Virus record (IMG/VR): IMGVR_UViG_3300033143_004212
Span: 1-64,000 of that record
DNA length: 64,000 nucleotides
From: a virus
Reading direction: 5' to 3' (one strand)
Position 1 is the stretch's first letter. Each line of letters starts with the position of its first letter. The notes under the pieces were generated by a model, which was not told the DNA's origin, ran no database searches, and was given only the letters and a program-made list of their open reading frames with translations. Below are positions 53,617 through 64,000 of the stretch, piece after piece. The position numbers and the translations under genes are program-made.

Positions 53617-54057
53617 ATGGCAGTAACTGCTAAAATGATGGGACAATGTTTAATAAAAGCTTTAAATAAAGAACTTGACTGGGATACAGATACTATTAAA
53701 GTTATGCTTTATGAAGACGATCTTGTTATAGATCAAGACACTATGATATATCTAGACGATATAGTAACTGGAACAGAAGCTTCTGGAACAGGCTACACAG
53801 CAGGTGGAGACACTTTAGCTTCAAAGACTATAGATTATACTGCAGGAACTAATACAATCAAATTAGATGCGGCAGATACAACTTGGACAGCTTCAACAAT
53901 AACTGCTATGTATGCAGTTATCTATCAAGATACAACAGTAGCATCAACAAGTGTATTAATAGCTTATGTTGACTTTGGTCAAAATGAGTCATCAAGCAAT
54001 GGTGACTTTAAAATAACATGGCATACAGATGGAATTGCAACTATAGTAGCATCATAA
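53617..54057 (+). CDS. Virion structural protein
   Basis: DTIKVML, GTGYTAGG.TL, LIAYVDFG, NGDFKITW. Confidence 0.7.
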   Translation: MAVTAKMMGQCLIKALNKELDWDTDTIKVMLYEDDLVIDQDTMIYLDDIVTGTEASGTGYTAGGDTLASKTIDYTAGTNTIKLDAADTTWTASTITAMYAVIYQDTTVASTSVLIAYVDFGQNESSSNGDFKITWHTDGIATIVAS

Positions 54058-54114
54058 TATAAAAGGACTATAATAGTCCTTTTTTTATTTTATAACCCAA
54101 AGGAGGGAAAGTAG

Positions 54115-56472
54115 ATGGCAGAAGTAATTAAAACCTTTACATTTACTAGTACCTTAGAAGGTTGGACAGGAACTGATGAAGGTAAGGCATATGCTGTCAA
54201 TACGTCAACAGATATTGGATTTGATGCGATTGGTCGTAACCAAGCAGGAACTCCAGATTGGACTTGGACAGGAGATTGGGAAGATTTAGGAGTAACGCCT
54301 GGTCATACAGTAACAGAAGTATTATTATCATTTGATGTTAATTGTGATTTATATAATATTGTAGATGTTGCTAGTTTTACTTACACACTGACTGCAGGAG
54401 GAGAAACATCTCAAATTATTTGAGATCCAACAGCGACAGAGTCTTATAACACGAAAACAGGTATTTTAAAAGTATTTTCAACTGCGAAAGATAGTACTGG
54501 TACCCTTAGTTTAGTTATTTTAGGTGATATGGATACAGGTAATAATAGTGCCGCAGAGCTATCTGTAAATTTTGATAATGTTAAAATAACTATTACAACA
54601 GAAGCAGCATCAACGCCAGTAACAGTTAATGCAGTGACAAGTACAAATACTTCGAGTGCTCTGATTCCAACAATTCTTGCAATTAAGAATGTGGATATCA
54701 CAGGAGTAACATCAACTAATACTTCAGATGCAGAAGTACCAATTATTGTTGCAGAAACTTCTACTAATATTTTAGCAGAGACATCAACTAATAATACAGT
54801 TGCTAAAGAACCTAGTATAAATACTATTAGAGCTCCTACCATTGATGCAGAAGTATCAACTTCTACTTCAGATGCGCAAGAACCTTCTATAAGTGCAAGT
54901 TTAAATATAAATGGAGAAGTATCAACTTCAACAAGTGATACAAATATTCCTACATTAAGTACCGGAGCAGGTATAAGTGGAGAAGCATCTATTTCAAATA
55001 CCGATGCTAAAATTCCTACATTAAGTGTAGGAATAAACATTCCAGGAGAAACATCAACTTCAACAAGTGATGCTAAAATTCCTACATTAAGTTTTGATAC
55101 AAGTGTTATTATTACAGGTGAAGTATCTATTTCAAATACTGATGCTAAAATTCCTACATTGAGCATAGAAATAAATGTAAATGGAGAAACATCTACTTCA
55201 ACAAGTAATGCTAATGAACCTACTATAATTGTAGATACAAGTACAGATATTGCAGGCGAGGTAGCAATTTCAAATACGAATGCTCAAATTCCTTTATTAA
55301 GTTTAGGATTGAACATAAATGGAGAAACATCTACTTCAACAAGTAATACTAATATTCCTACACTAAGTGTAGAAATAAATATTTTAGGAGAAACATCTAT
55401 TTCAACAAGTGATGCTAACGAACCTGTATTGAGTTTAGGATTAAATATAGATGGAGAAACATCTACTTCAACAAGTAATGTTAACGTTCCTACATTAAGT
55501 TTAGGATTAAATATAGATAGTGAAGTAGCAACTTTAACGAATGATGCGAATATTCCTATATTAAGTACTGGAATAGGTATAAATGGTGAAATAGCAACTT
55601 CAACAAGCAGTATTAATGAACCTGTTATTACAACAGTTAGAAATATTAATATTTCTAATGAGGTATCTACTTCAACGAGTAGTGCTAATATTCCTACATT
55701 AAGCTTTGGAGGAAGTGTTAATATTGCAGGAGAAACATCAATTTCGAATACGAATATTGAAACTCCTTCATTAAATATAGAAATAAATATAAGCAGTGAG
55801 GTAGCAACTTCAACAAATAATGCTAATGAGCCTACATTAAGTTTAGGATTAAATATAATTGGAGAAATATCAACTTCAACAAGTGATGCTTATGAAGCAA
55901 TTATAGATACAAAATCAAATGTCGATATTAGCGCGGAAACATCTATTACTAATACAACTGCAGAAGAACCTTTACTTAGTTTATCTACAGTAATAAATAA
56001 TGAAACATCAATTTCAAATACAAATATTGAAATCCCTGTAATATTTACAGAAACTAATATAAATATTAATAGTACAGTATCAAATTCAAATACAAATATT
56101 AATATACCTATAATAGATGCTATAATAAATTCTTATATAAATTCTGTTTTAGTGACATCAAATACTGATGCTTTAGAACCAACTATTGAAACTATTATGA
56201 ATGCATTAATAAGTGCGGAAATAGCAGAATCCAATATAGAAATTCCTCTTCCTTTCTTTGGAGAGCCAATAAATATAGAAGTGAATGCAGAAATAGCAAC
56301 TTCTAATAGTTTTGCTTTTGGAGATGCAGTCTATACAAGTATAGATGGAAGATTAAAGTATATTTCAGAAGTTATCGTATACGAATCTGTTAGAGATATA
56401 TTATTAGAAAGTAAAATTAGAAATATTCTTATTAAAGGATTAATAAGAAATATTAAAATACAATCAAAATAG
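54115..56472 (+). CDS. S/T/I-rich repeat virion protein (TGA=Trp at 54421)
   Basis: Track fragments in frame; ~28-31-aa repeats GETSTSTSDAKIPTLS. Confidence 0.75.
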
Positions 56473-56480
56473 TTAGGAGG

Positions 56481-56810
56481 ATGAGAATGACTAGAGTCAC
56501 AGTAGGAGATACAGTAAGACTTATTGTAGAATTCTATGATTTTAATGGAGACCCAATAGATCCAACATCTATAACTATAACAGTAGAAAATAAGCAACGA
56601 GAAATTTTATTACAAGAATCAATTACTGGAGCAGATCATGTATTAAATGATAAAGGTCTTGCAATCCCTGGACAGTATTATTATGATTTTGAAACAACAG
56701 AAGTAGGAATCCAATACTACTATTTTAAGGGTACAATAAATGGAACTCCAGGATTAAGGAATGGAAGTTTTTCAGTTATGGATATAGACGGAACAGGAGG
56801 AAGAATATAA
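56481..56810 (+). CDS. BppU/Ig-like structural protein
   Basis: VGDTVRL..EFYD..G...DP..I...GQYYYD. Confidence 0.6.
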   Translation: MRMTRVTVGDTVRLIVEFYDFNGDPIDPTSITITVENKQREILLQESITGADHVLNDKGLAIPGQYYYDFETTEVGIQYYYFKGTINGTPGLRNGSFSVMDIDGTGGRI

Positions 56811-57035
56811 ATGGATATTCAAATAAATTATACGGATTACCCAGATGTAATTGAAACTATAGTTATCAATACAGGAACTAATCAAAAAATTACGATAAGC
56901 TTCCCGGCCGCGGATACAATTGAATTGCTATCTGAAGATACTTCAACTTTAGAAACAGTTACGCATACAATAACTAAAGAAGAATTAGCAGACATGATAG
57001 CGGTGCTTATTGAAGCATCAGGTCAAATAGAATAA
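56811..57035 (+). CDS. Hypothetical protein (74 aa)
   Basis: AGGAGG RBS; bidirectional terminator at ~57040-57070. Confidence 0.65.
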   Translation: MDIQINYTDYPDVIETIVINTGTNQKITISFPAADTIELLSEDTSTLETVTHTITKEELADMIAVLIEASGQIE

Positions 57036-57075
57036 AAAAAATAAAGAGTGATTAATTTCACTCTTTTTTTTACGT

Positions 57076-57801
57076 CTAATCTCAGTCTAAATATGTTTTT
57101 TCATTTATTTTACTTGATCCGTATTTCCCAATACAGATTGCTTCGGCTTCATCATCTGTAACTTTTATTCCAAATTCTTTAAGTACGTATTGTTGGGCAC
57201 TTCTTTTTAATTGCTGTCTATTTTGTCCTTTAATACCGCAGAATTTACGTCATTCAGAACTATAAACAGATTCATAAGAAATATCTAATGAATGTGCTAC
57301 CAATTTACATACTCCTAAAACCATTGAAAGAGTTTTAAACAATCCCACATTATGCTCTAGTTGTATATCTTCAAAATATATTATATCCGCATTTCTTTCT
57401 TCAATAAAATTTTTTAATCATTTACTTATCATGTGTAATCTGTGTATTACATTTTTACTGCCTGCAAAATCCACTACTCCATAATCTGTTAAACTACCTG
57501 CCTCTCAAACAGAATATCCAATAAGTCTAGAAGATTGGTCAAAAGCCAATACTGTTTTAGCATTTTTTGGTTTTTCTATAATACCTCCAGTTGTTTTAAT
57601 CTTCTCTCTTCGAGTATCTTGAACAGAAGAAATTTCTTTAACGGTAATTCTACCATTCCTATTAAATTGTTCTCGATACCTTTTAATAGTTTGTAATGAA
57701 GCTCCCATTTTTTCTGCTATCTCTTGATCGAATAAAAAGTCTTTAAATAATGATTCCATCTTTTCTAAATTCTCCATAGTTGGATTAAATCGTTCTTTCA
57801 T
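57076..57801 (-). CDS. ruvC: HTH + RuvC-like Holliday junction resolvase; four TGA=Trp (57505, 57418, 57250, 57082)
   Basis: LAFDQSS..IGYSV, FEDIQ, SE[W]RK, DDEAEAICIG. Confidence 0.85.
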
Positions 57802-57808
57802 TATTTAC

Positions 57809-58258
57809 CTACTCTCCGGTAGAGCCGAATCCTCCTGCTCCTCTTTCTGTCTCTCCTAAATCTTCTAATTCTTCTACTACTTCCCATTCTTCTACAACCG
57901 CATAAGAGTTAAGAACCATTTGTGCAATCCTGTCTCCAATATTAATTGTATAAGGTTCATTACTTAAATTTACTAAAGGTACTCCAAGTTCACCTCTATA
58001 ATCACAATCAAGTGTACCAACACAATTAATTAAAGTGATACCATATTTAATTGCCAATCCACTTCTAGGTCTAATTTGCATTTCGATACCAAAAGGTAAT
58101 TCAACATAGAGCCCAGTTGAAATAATTGCTCTTTCCATTGGTTGTAAAGTAATATTCATAGTTGAATATAAATCTGCTCCAGAACTTCCTACAGTTTTAT
58201 AGCGAGGTAATTTAGAATTTTTATCTTTCATATATACTTTTACTTTAACTCTATCCAT
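57809..58258 (-). CDS. dut: Trimeric dUTPase
   Basis: GADL, RPRSGLA, GTLDCDYRGE, RIAQ, RGAGGFGSTG. Confidence 0.95.
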   Translation of the reverse strand: MDRVKVKVYMKDKNSKLPRYKTVGSSGADLYSTMNITLQPMERAIISTGLYVELPFGIEMQIRPRSGLAIKYGITLINCVGTLDCDYRGELGVPLVNLSNEPYTINIGDRIAQMVLNSYAVVEEWEVVEELEDLGETERGAGGFGSTGE

Positions 58259-58261
58259 AGA

Positions 58262-58483
58262 TTACTCCTCTCCATTGAATATTTTCTTTAATTTAACGAT
58301 ATAAAAATCATCATAGACTTCGCCTTTCTTAGTTTTAGTTTTATGTTGACTAGTATAATCTTTTAATTCATATTGATCTTCATATTGGTTATCTTTTGCT
58401 GATTGGATTAAAGCTTCTGCTTCAGGTTCACTTTCGCATCTGTAAGTTTCTAATACTTCTTTTAAAATTCCCATTCTTTCCAT
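58262..58483 (-). CDS. Conserved hypothetical phage protein
   Basis: AAGGAG RBS. Confidence 0.7.
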   Translation of the reverse strand: MERMGILKEVLETYRCESEPEAEALIQSAKDNQYEDQYELKDYTSQHKTKTKKGEVYDDFYIVKLKKIFNGEE

Positions 58484-58501
58484 TTGTATCTCCTTTTTTC
58501 T

Positions 58502-58756
58502 CTAGTAAGTTTTTATTTCAATTCTTGATTCTGAATAAACAGAATTCATAAATTCTTTATTAAGTCGTTCTATTGATCTTACAAAAATTTGAATCTTTTT
58601 ATTTTTATCTTTTTTTAATTCTTTTTCAATAAATTCTTTAACTGCTGAATCATTATTATGAACTGTTTCAGTATAAGGTTCTGGTTTATTATCTTCTTTT
58701 ATAAATAGAACTACATCACGTGCAAAATTTGTTGAATTATTATAATAAATAATCAT
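58502..58756 (-). CDS. Hypothetical protein
   Basis: Coupled to upstream stop. Confidence 0.65.
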   Translation of the reverse strand: MIIYYNNSTNFARDVVLFIKEDNKPEPYTETVHNNDSAVKEFIEKELKKDKNKKIQIFVRSIERLNKEFMNSVYSESRIEIKTY

Positions 58757-59124
58757 TATATACCTTCTTTCACATCTACGGTAAAGAAATCTGCAGATAC
58801 AAGGCTATAGCAAATCCCTCCTATCCAAAAATCTACTTTATTCTCGTCATCAAAAGAAGTATCTATTAATTGAATTTTTCCTACATACTTTTCTAAAAAT
58901 TTGAATACATCACTTGATTTTTCTAAATTAAGAAATAAAGTAATATAAAATGAATCTGATTCTCTATCATAAGGTTTTAAAATAAGGAATCTGTCAGATT
59001 CATATTTAGATAAAAATTCTTTATCAATTATTTTGATTCTTTTTAATTTATCTTCAACAGAGATTTCATCAGGTAAGTTAGCTTCAATTAAATTATTAAC
59101 TGTAAATCTTTCGTCATTATTCAT
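58756..59124 (-). CDS. Hypothetical protein
   Basis: Operon context. Confidence 0.65.
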   Translation of the reverse strand: MNNDERFTVNNLIEANLPDEISVEDKLKRIKIIDKEFLSKYESDRFLILKPYDRESDSFYITLFLNLEKSSDVFKFLEKYVGKIQLIDTSFDDENKVDFWIGGICYSLVSADFFTVDVKEGI

Positions 59125-59704
59125 TGTCTTTACCTTTCTCTTCTTCAAGTTTTTTAGCTCTTTCTGCCTTTTCTGCTTTTTCTTTTTCTCTTTCTTCTTG
59201 TCTGCGCTTAATTCTTAATTCCTTACTTATTTTCTTTAGAGCAGACTCTGCAAGTAAGAAAGTTCTATAAACTGCACCATTCTTTTGTATCGCTCCAATT
59301 AAAAATTGATCAAATGAAACTGGAGTATAAATTAGTTCATAAAGATCATTATCATAAATTCTTTCATCTTCTGCATAAGCAATAATTTGAATCTTACTTT
59401 CTTTATCTCTAGTGATATTAATTCGATCAATTGCCGCAATAATCATAGCTGTTGTAGTATCTGCATTATGAATATCTAAAAGTATATAATCTGCTAATGC
59501 TATTGAAAGCATTAATCTATCTAATATTTCTTCACAATGTTTTAATTCTACTGTGTAATAAAAATCGCTTATCTCATGAAGACTTTGGAAATTTATGTGT
59601 CTCATTCTGTTATTTTCTTTCAAATCTTTTAACTCTTTTCTTCTCATTTCTTTATTCGTTCTGCCATAAAAAGGACTAGCAATTAAACAAAGTTTGTCTT
59701 CCAT
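59117..59704 (-). CDS. Nucleoside 2-deoxyribosyltransferase-like fold (possibly degenerate)
   Basis: LIASPF, ADYILL, D.TTAMII, LIGAIQKNG; promoter TTGACT-17-TATAAT at 59773-59745. Confidence 0.5.
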   Translation of the reverse strand: MEDKLCLIASPFYGRTNKEMRRKELKDLKENNRMRHINFQSLHEISDFYYTVELKHCEEILDRLMLSIALADYILLDIHNADTTTAMIIAAIDRINITRDKESKIQIIAYAEDERIYDNDLYELIYTPVSFDQFLIGAIQKNGAVYRTFLLAESALKKISKELRIKRRQEEREKEKAEKAERAKKLEEEKGKDNE

Positions 59705-59808
59705 ACAATTCTCTCCTTTATTCTCATATTTTCCTTATATATATATTATAACATTTTTTTTTCAAAAAGTCAAGTAATTCAGTTAAAAAAGAGAGAATTT
59801 ATCTCTCT

Positions 59809-62139
59809 TTATTTTATTGGACATGCACCAGTATCACACGAACTACCAATGATTTCAAAATCTTCTCCTGTTTCGTATTTTGCGATTAGATGAGGTTTAA
59901 AATCTGACATTTCTTTTTTCATCTTTAAGTATGTTTCTTCATCTATTTCCTCGTAAGGTAATAATTCGAATGCATTATCATCTAATGATAAGAACGAAAT
60001 TGCTACAATGTCATCCCAATTGTTTCATACCCATTGTTCTACTTCTTCCCATTCATGATTTCTAACATGAACAGTAATTGAAGCATTATGATCTACATAA
60101 TGTGTCATGAACATTTTGTATACTTCTAATTGTTCAATCGCGCTAACATCCATTTTTGTTTTTCCTTTTGGTGCTTTAACCGGAAATTCAACTACGTATG
60201 TTTTAACATTTGGTTCTGATTGTCCTACTTCTGGAACCATATTCCAACCTAAATCTCTTACAACTTTAGCCATTGGATCATTAGCACTAATTCTAACTCT
60301 TCTAATATAGTAAGGAGAATGTGCAAAATGTAACCCACTTGATACTGTAGGTAATTGTGATAATGTACCTTCTGGTTTTACAGTTGTTGCTAATATAGGT
60401 TCATTTCCTCCCATTACTTGTGCTATATCTTTTGCAGTCTTTTTAACTATTTTTTTCATATGAGCGAGTAATATCGCTTGTTTATCTTTATTTAATCCTG
60501 ATAAATTAACCATGTCTTGATATCCTGTCATAGATACACCAATTAATCTATCTCGTTTATTAACGCTATTCCATCTTGGAAGTTCCATTTCTATATTCGT
60601 CATTCTATATGCTGCTCTAGTTAATAATTCTAATGCACGGTCCATTCCTTTTCGATCTATGCTACCATCTTCATTAACAAACATTCTGATAACAAGAGTA
60701 ACTAAATTACACATTCCTTTATTATCTAATAGTATTTCAGCGCACGGATTGAGTCCTACAAAATTATCTCTTCGTTTTTTAGCAGCTTCTTCATTTGAGA
60801 GTCCTGGTTCTCCTGTATATCTCATTTGTTGTATGTGCCAATGTAGCTGTTCTCTTTTAGGCTTATTTTTATAAATGATTGTATTGTTACTCATTTGTCT
60901 ATGGATGATTTCTTTATCAACTATCCATTGACCATCAATTTGTTTATATATATTGTTTTTAGCAGTCAATATATCTTGGTCATCATAATCAAATAGAATC
61001 ATTTCGCTAGTTCTTCTAACTCCACCACTTACTACATTTTCTCCTATAATATTTGCTATATCCATGAGTTCATAAGTTTCTAAATATCTAATTGGATCAA
61101 TTCCATTTTTTAGAACTTTATCTATTTTTTCATACATATTCGTCAATGCAGTATGACCGCTTGCGTATCCACCGAAAGTTTTTAATCTTTCTCCTTTTGG
61201 TCGGACACTATCATAATCGAATATAATTGTTTCAACAACTTTAAAATCATTTGCTGTTAAAATTTCAAAAAAGTATCTAATACTTCTTGCTCAACCTTTT
61301 TTACTATCTCCAACTATAATTTTAACTACTGTATTATCATTATTAAATTTTAAAGTAGTATGTTCATCACGCTCGCTTCTAATTTTTTTTGGATTATAAT
61401 TTTTATTAATAATCTCAACATCTGTTCTGATTAAAGGTAGCATATCTTTTTGTTCTTTTGTAATCTTTAATCCCATTCCTGAACCAAGCATTAACAAATA
61501 AAATAATTCATAAAAACATTCATAATCATTAACACTATCAAAAGCACAATTAAAATTACTTTGTGGACTAATTTCCGCAACTGGAGTTCCACCTATCCAG
61601 AATGTACGTCCTGATAAGAAACCTTTTAAATTATATATTAAATCGAATAATTCTTCTGCTTCACGCTTGCTACAATTACCAAGTGAACAATTATAATCTA
61701 CCGCTCTCGCTACAGTTTCCCACCAACGTTCTCTTCTTTTCTCTCCTGGTAAATATCTAGAATATGTTCTGTAATAAACAAAGCTACCTATTTGATGCTC
61801 AAATGGGTCTGGTAAATGTTTATATTTACTTATAAAATCTTCACTTAAAAATTGATATATTCTTTTAATTCTATTTTTCTTTTCATTCTTATAATTAATG
61901 TAATCACTAGCAACTTCAAAAAAACCTTGCTCCATTAAAGAAATTTGTACAAATTTTTGAATTTCTTCGACGTGTACTTCATCTTTTGTAATCTTATCTA
62001 TAATTCCTGCTGAAATTAATTTAATTTCACTTAATTTTAGCAACGTATCAGATTCTTTAGCCGCACTTTTAATATTTCTTTCTATGACAGAAATATCGAA
62101 AGGGACTTTTTTACCATTTCTTTTTATAACTATTGCCAT
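59809..62139 (-). CDS. nrdJ: Class II (AdoCbl-dependent) ribonucleotide reductase with ATP cone; TGA=Trp at 61291 and 60025
   Basis: VIKRNG ATP cone, RTYSR, NFNC, GDSKKG[W], NPCAE, TVKPEGT, C-terminal C..GACP. Confidence 0.92.
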
Positions 62140-62149
62140 ATGTTCTCTC

Positions 62150-62611
62150 CTAATCGATTGCTTTAAAGAATTCTATTTCTTCTCCATCTGCTAGCCCTTC
62201 CTTTAATGCTACTAAAGTTTCTTCTAAATTCTCTATCTCATAGATTTCATCTGGTTCACTTTCTATAGAGAATGCAAATTTAACATCTTCATTTCTAACA
62301 ATAAAAAGCATCATTTCATATACATCTATTTCTTTCCAACCGCATATTTTTAAATCGAATCTATCATACAAGATATCTTGTAATCCTATGCCTTCAAGAT
62401 AATTATTATAATTATATGGTTCTTCTGCGAATCCTAAATTTCCTGTTGGTTCCATAACTACTAAGTCTATAACTTTACCATTCATATTATAAGATGTTTG
62501 AATTTCATTTCCATTTAAAGTTATTTCTAAAACTTTACTTTTATTTTCCAAATTATTTAAATATTCAATTAATTCTAAGAGATTAAATCTTTTATCTTCA
62601 TACAATACCAT
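62150..62611 (-). CDS. Hypothetical acidic protein
   Basis: AAGGAGG RBS. Confidence 0.7.
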   Translation of the reverse strand: MVLYEDKRFNLLELIEYLNNLENKSKVLEITLNGNEIQTSYNMNGKVIDLVVMEPTGNLGFAEEPYNYNNYLEGIGLQDILYDRFDLKICGWKEIDVYEMMLFIVRNEDVKFAFSIESEPDEIYEIENLEETLVALKEGLADGEEIEFFKAID

Positions 62612-62696
62612 TTGTATACCTCCTTTTATTATATACTATATTTTGTGCCCTTAAATAATTATAGCATATTTTTGAATAAAGCGGAATATGAGGAGT

Positions 62697-64000
62697 CTAT
62701 GACTCCCCATTATTTCTTTCCCAAATGAGAGAAATGCTTCCATCTTCATGTATATCTGTAATTTTATAAATAGTATGACGACCACTATTTTTATAAGTTT
62801 TAGCAACGAATTGGGTCTCTCTTCTAAAACCAGTAATTAATAATTTGTTTCCACGCTTAAACCAAGAACGTTCAACAATTTTCTTTTTGTTTGAACCAGG
62901 TATTCTTTCTGATATTTGTTTATCGAAAGCAGCGAATTGGTCTCTATACATTTTTACTACTGCAATTCCGTTAGTAGTTAATATAGTTACAGTATGTCTT
63001 TGTTTATCTTTATCTAATACTGTACCTGCTATAGTATCTAATTTATATATAGGTCTATCAATTCCTTTTATTCTATAATATCTGACAATTGTTGGTTCTG
63101 TAGGTAAGTTATTGAACTCTATAACACCATATGATTCATTATCCATACCAATTAATTCATGTTCATGATGGTAGTAGCAAATAGATTCCATTTCCCAATG
63201 AGAGATTGTTCCACTTGCATATTTTTCTCATAGCTCATTGAATAAAGAATTATTATAATCTATTAACATTTGATTATGATTTTTTTTAATGAATGCTTTG
63301 ATTGGAGCCATTATAGGTTGATATACTTTATCCCATAGTTTCTTTGAGACGTATAGCGCTCCTTCTATCTCTTCTACGAATGCTTCGGGGAATTCAAAAA
63401 TATTATAGTATCCTTCTTTAATAGTATCATCAAATAAGTAATACTCAACTTTATTTTCTCCTATTAAATATTTATTTCCTCTTCTTCTTAAATATTTATT
63501 AAATTTAAAAACTCTTTTTTCCTTAGCAAATTCATCTGGAATAAATCCACCATCTATTAATGCATTCGCATTTTGCATAGTTAACTTTAATTTTGGTGCG
63601 CTTGCATATCGTAAATAATCTTCTAGAATCTCTTCTCTAGGTTTTTGTTCTAGTTCATCAAATGATCCACCTTTAATTAGTGAAATGATTTGTGTTTTAT
63701 TAACTTTTACTTTGTCATAAAAATCTCACATAGATTCATAAGGTCTATTTTCAATAATTTCAGCAACTAAATCTTGACCAATTCCATTCATACTTTTTAA
63801 TCCAAATAAAATAGAATCAGTTTCTGCATCAGGACTAAAATCGAAATTGGCTCTATTAATGTCAGGATAAACAAGCACAATACCATTCTCTTTCATTTTA
63901 CTGATCGCGGAAGCAATAGCACCATAATCTGTAGGTTTAGGTTTTAAAGCTTCAGAATCTTCTAAAGAACCGGCATTAACAGATAAGCAAGCAGTATTCC
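62697..64000 (-). CDS. dnaE: DNA polymerase III alpha subunit, C-terminal part (5' end outside window); TGA=Trp at 63726, 63228
   Basis: NTACL, PDIN, ILFGLK...GIG, NRPY, LIKGGSFD, C-terminal OB fold IAGTVLDK...KRGNKL.ITG. Confidence 0.9.

Noticed and set aside
21012-63078. Antisense shadow ORFs (e.g. 25051-25392, 44021-44269, 54444-55166, 60107-60310)
   Set aside because: Lie opposite well-supported genes; low-complexity products
18426-63728. TGA-split genes as pseudogenes or random sequencing errors
   Set aside because: In-frame interruptions are all TGA (none TAA/TAG), hit essential genes at conserved Trp positions, and TGA is not used as a terminal stop
18426-63728. TGA as selenocysteine or glycine
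   Set aside because: Recognisable motif positions and the internal TMP paralog indicate Trp, not Cys or Gly

Overview
AT-rich 64 kb segment of a large tailed dsDNA phage (siphovirus-like, probably infecting a Firmicutes/Bacillota host: sigma-A promoters, GGAGG RBSs, Amidase_3, DnaE). Layout: (i) 1-2 kb, tiny ORFs each delimited by a 16-bp motif (TTNCATTYAAACYGCA); (ii) 2.3-4 kb, short + strand operon with a tandem gene triplication; (iii) 4.1-17.3 kb, mostly minus-strand accessory/host-takeover region built from standardized units (promoter, ORF(s), shared terminator, CGGTGTA/TACACCG repeat cluster), in which 13 promoters carry TACACCG exactly 5 bp upstream of a degenerate -35; (iv) ~17.4-17.9 kb, non-coding strand-switch region (possible genome end/pac); (v) 18-57 kb, packaging, head, tail and lysis genes; (vi) 57-64 kb, minus-strand RuvC-like resolvase, dUTPase, class II RNR and DnaE. 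The phage reads TGA as Trp. By hand I found about 37 in-frame TGAs, several at conserved Trp positions of terminase, RNR, DnaE, RuvC and tail genes, so the supplied code-11 ORF track fragments or misses many genes. I found no TGA used as stop or as Trp in the 4-17 kb cassette genes. I recognised no tRNA, rRNA or CRISPR array. All counts are manual and no database searches were run.
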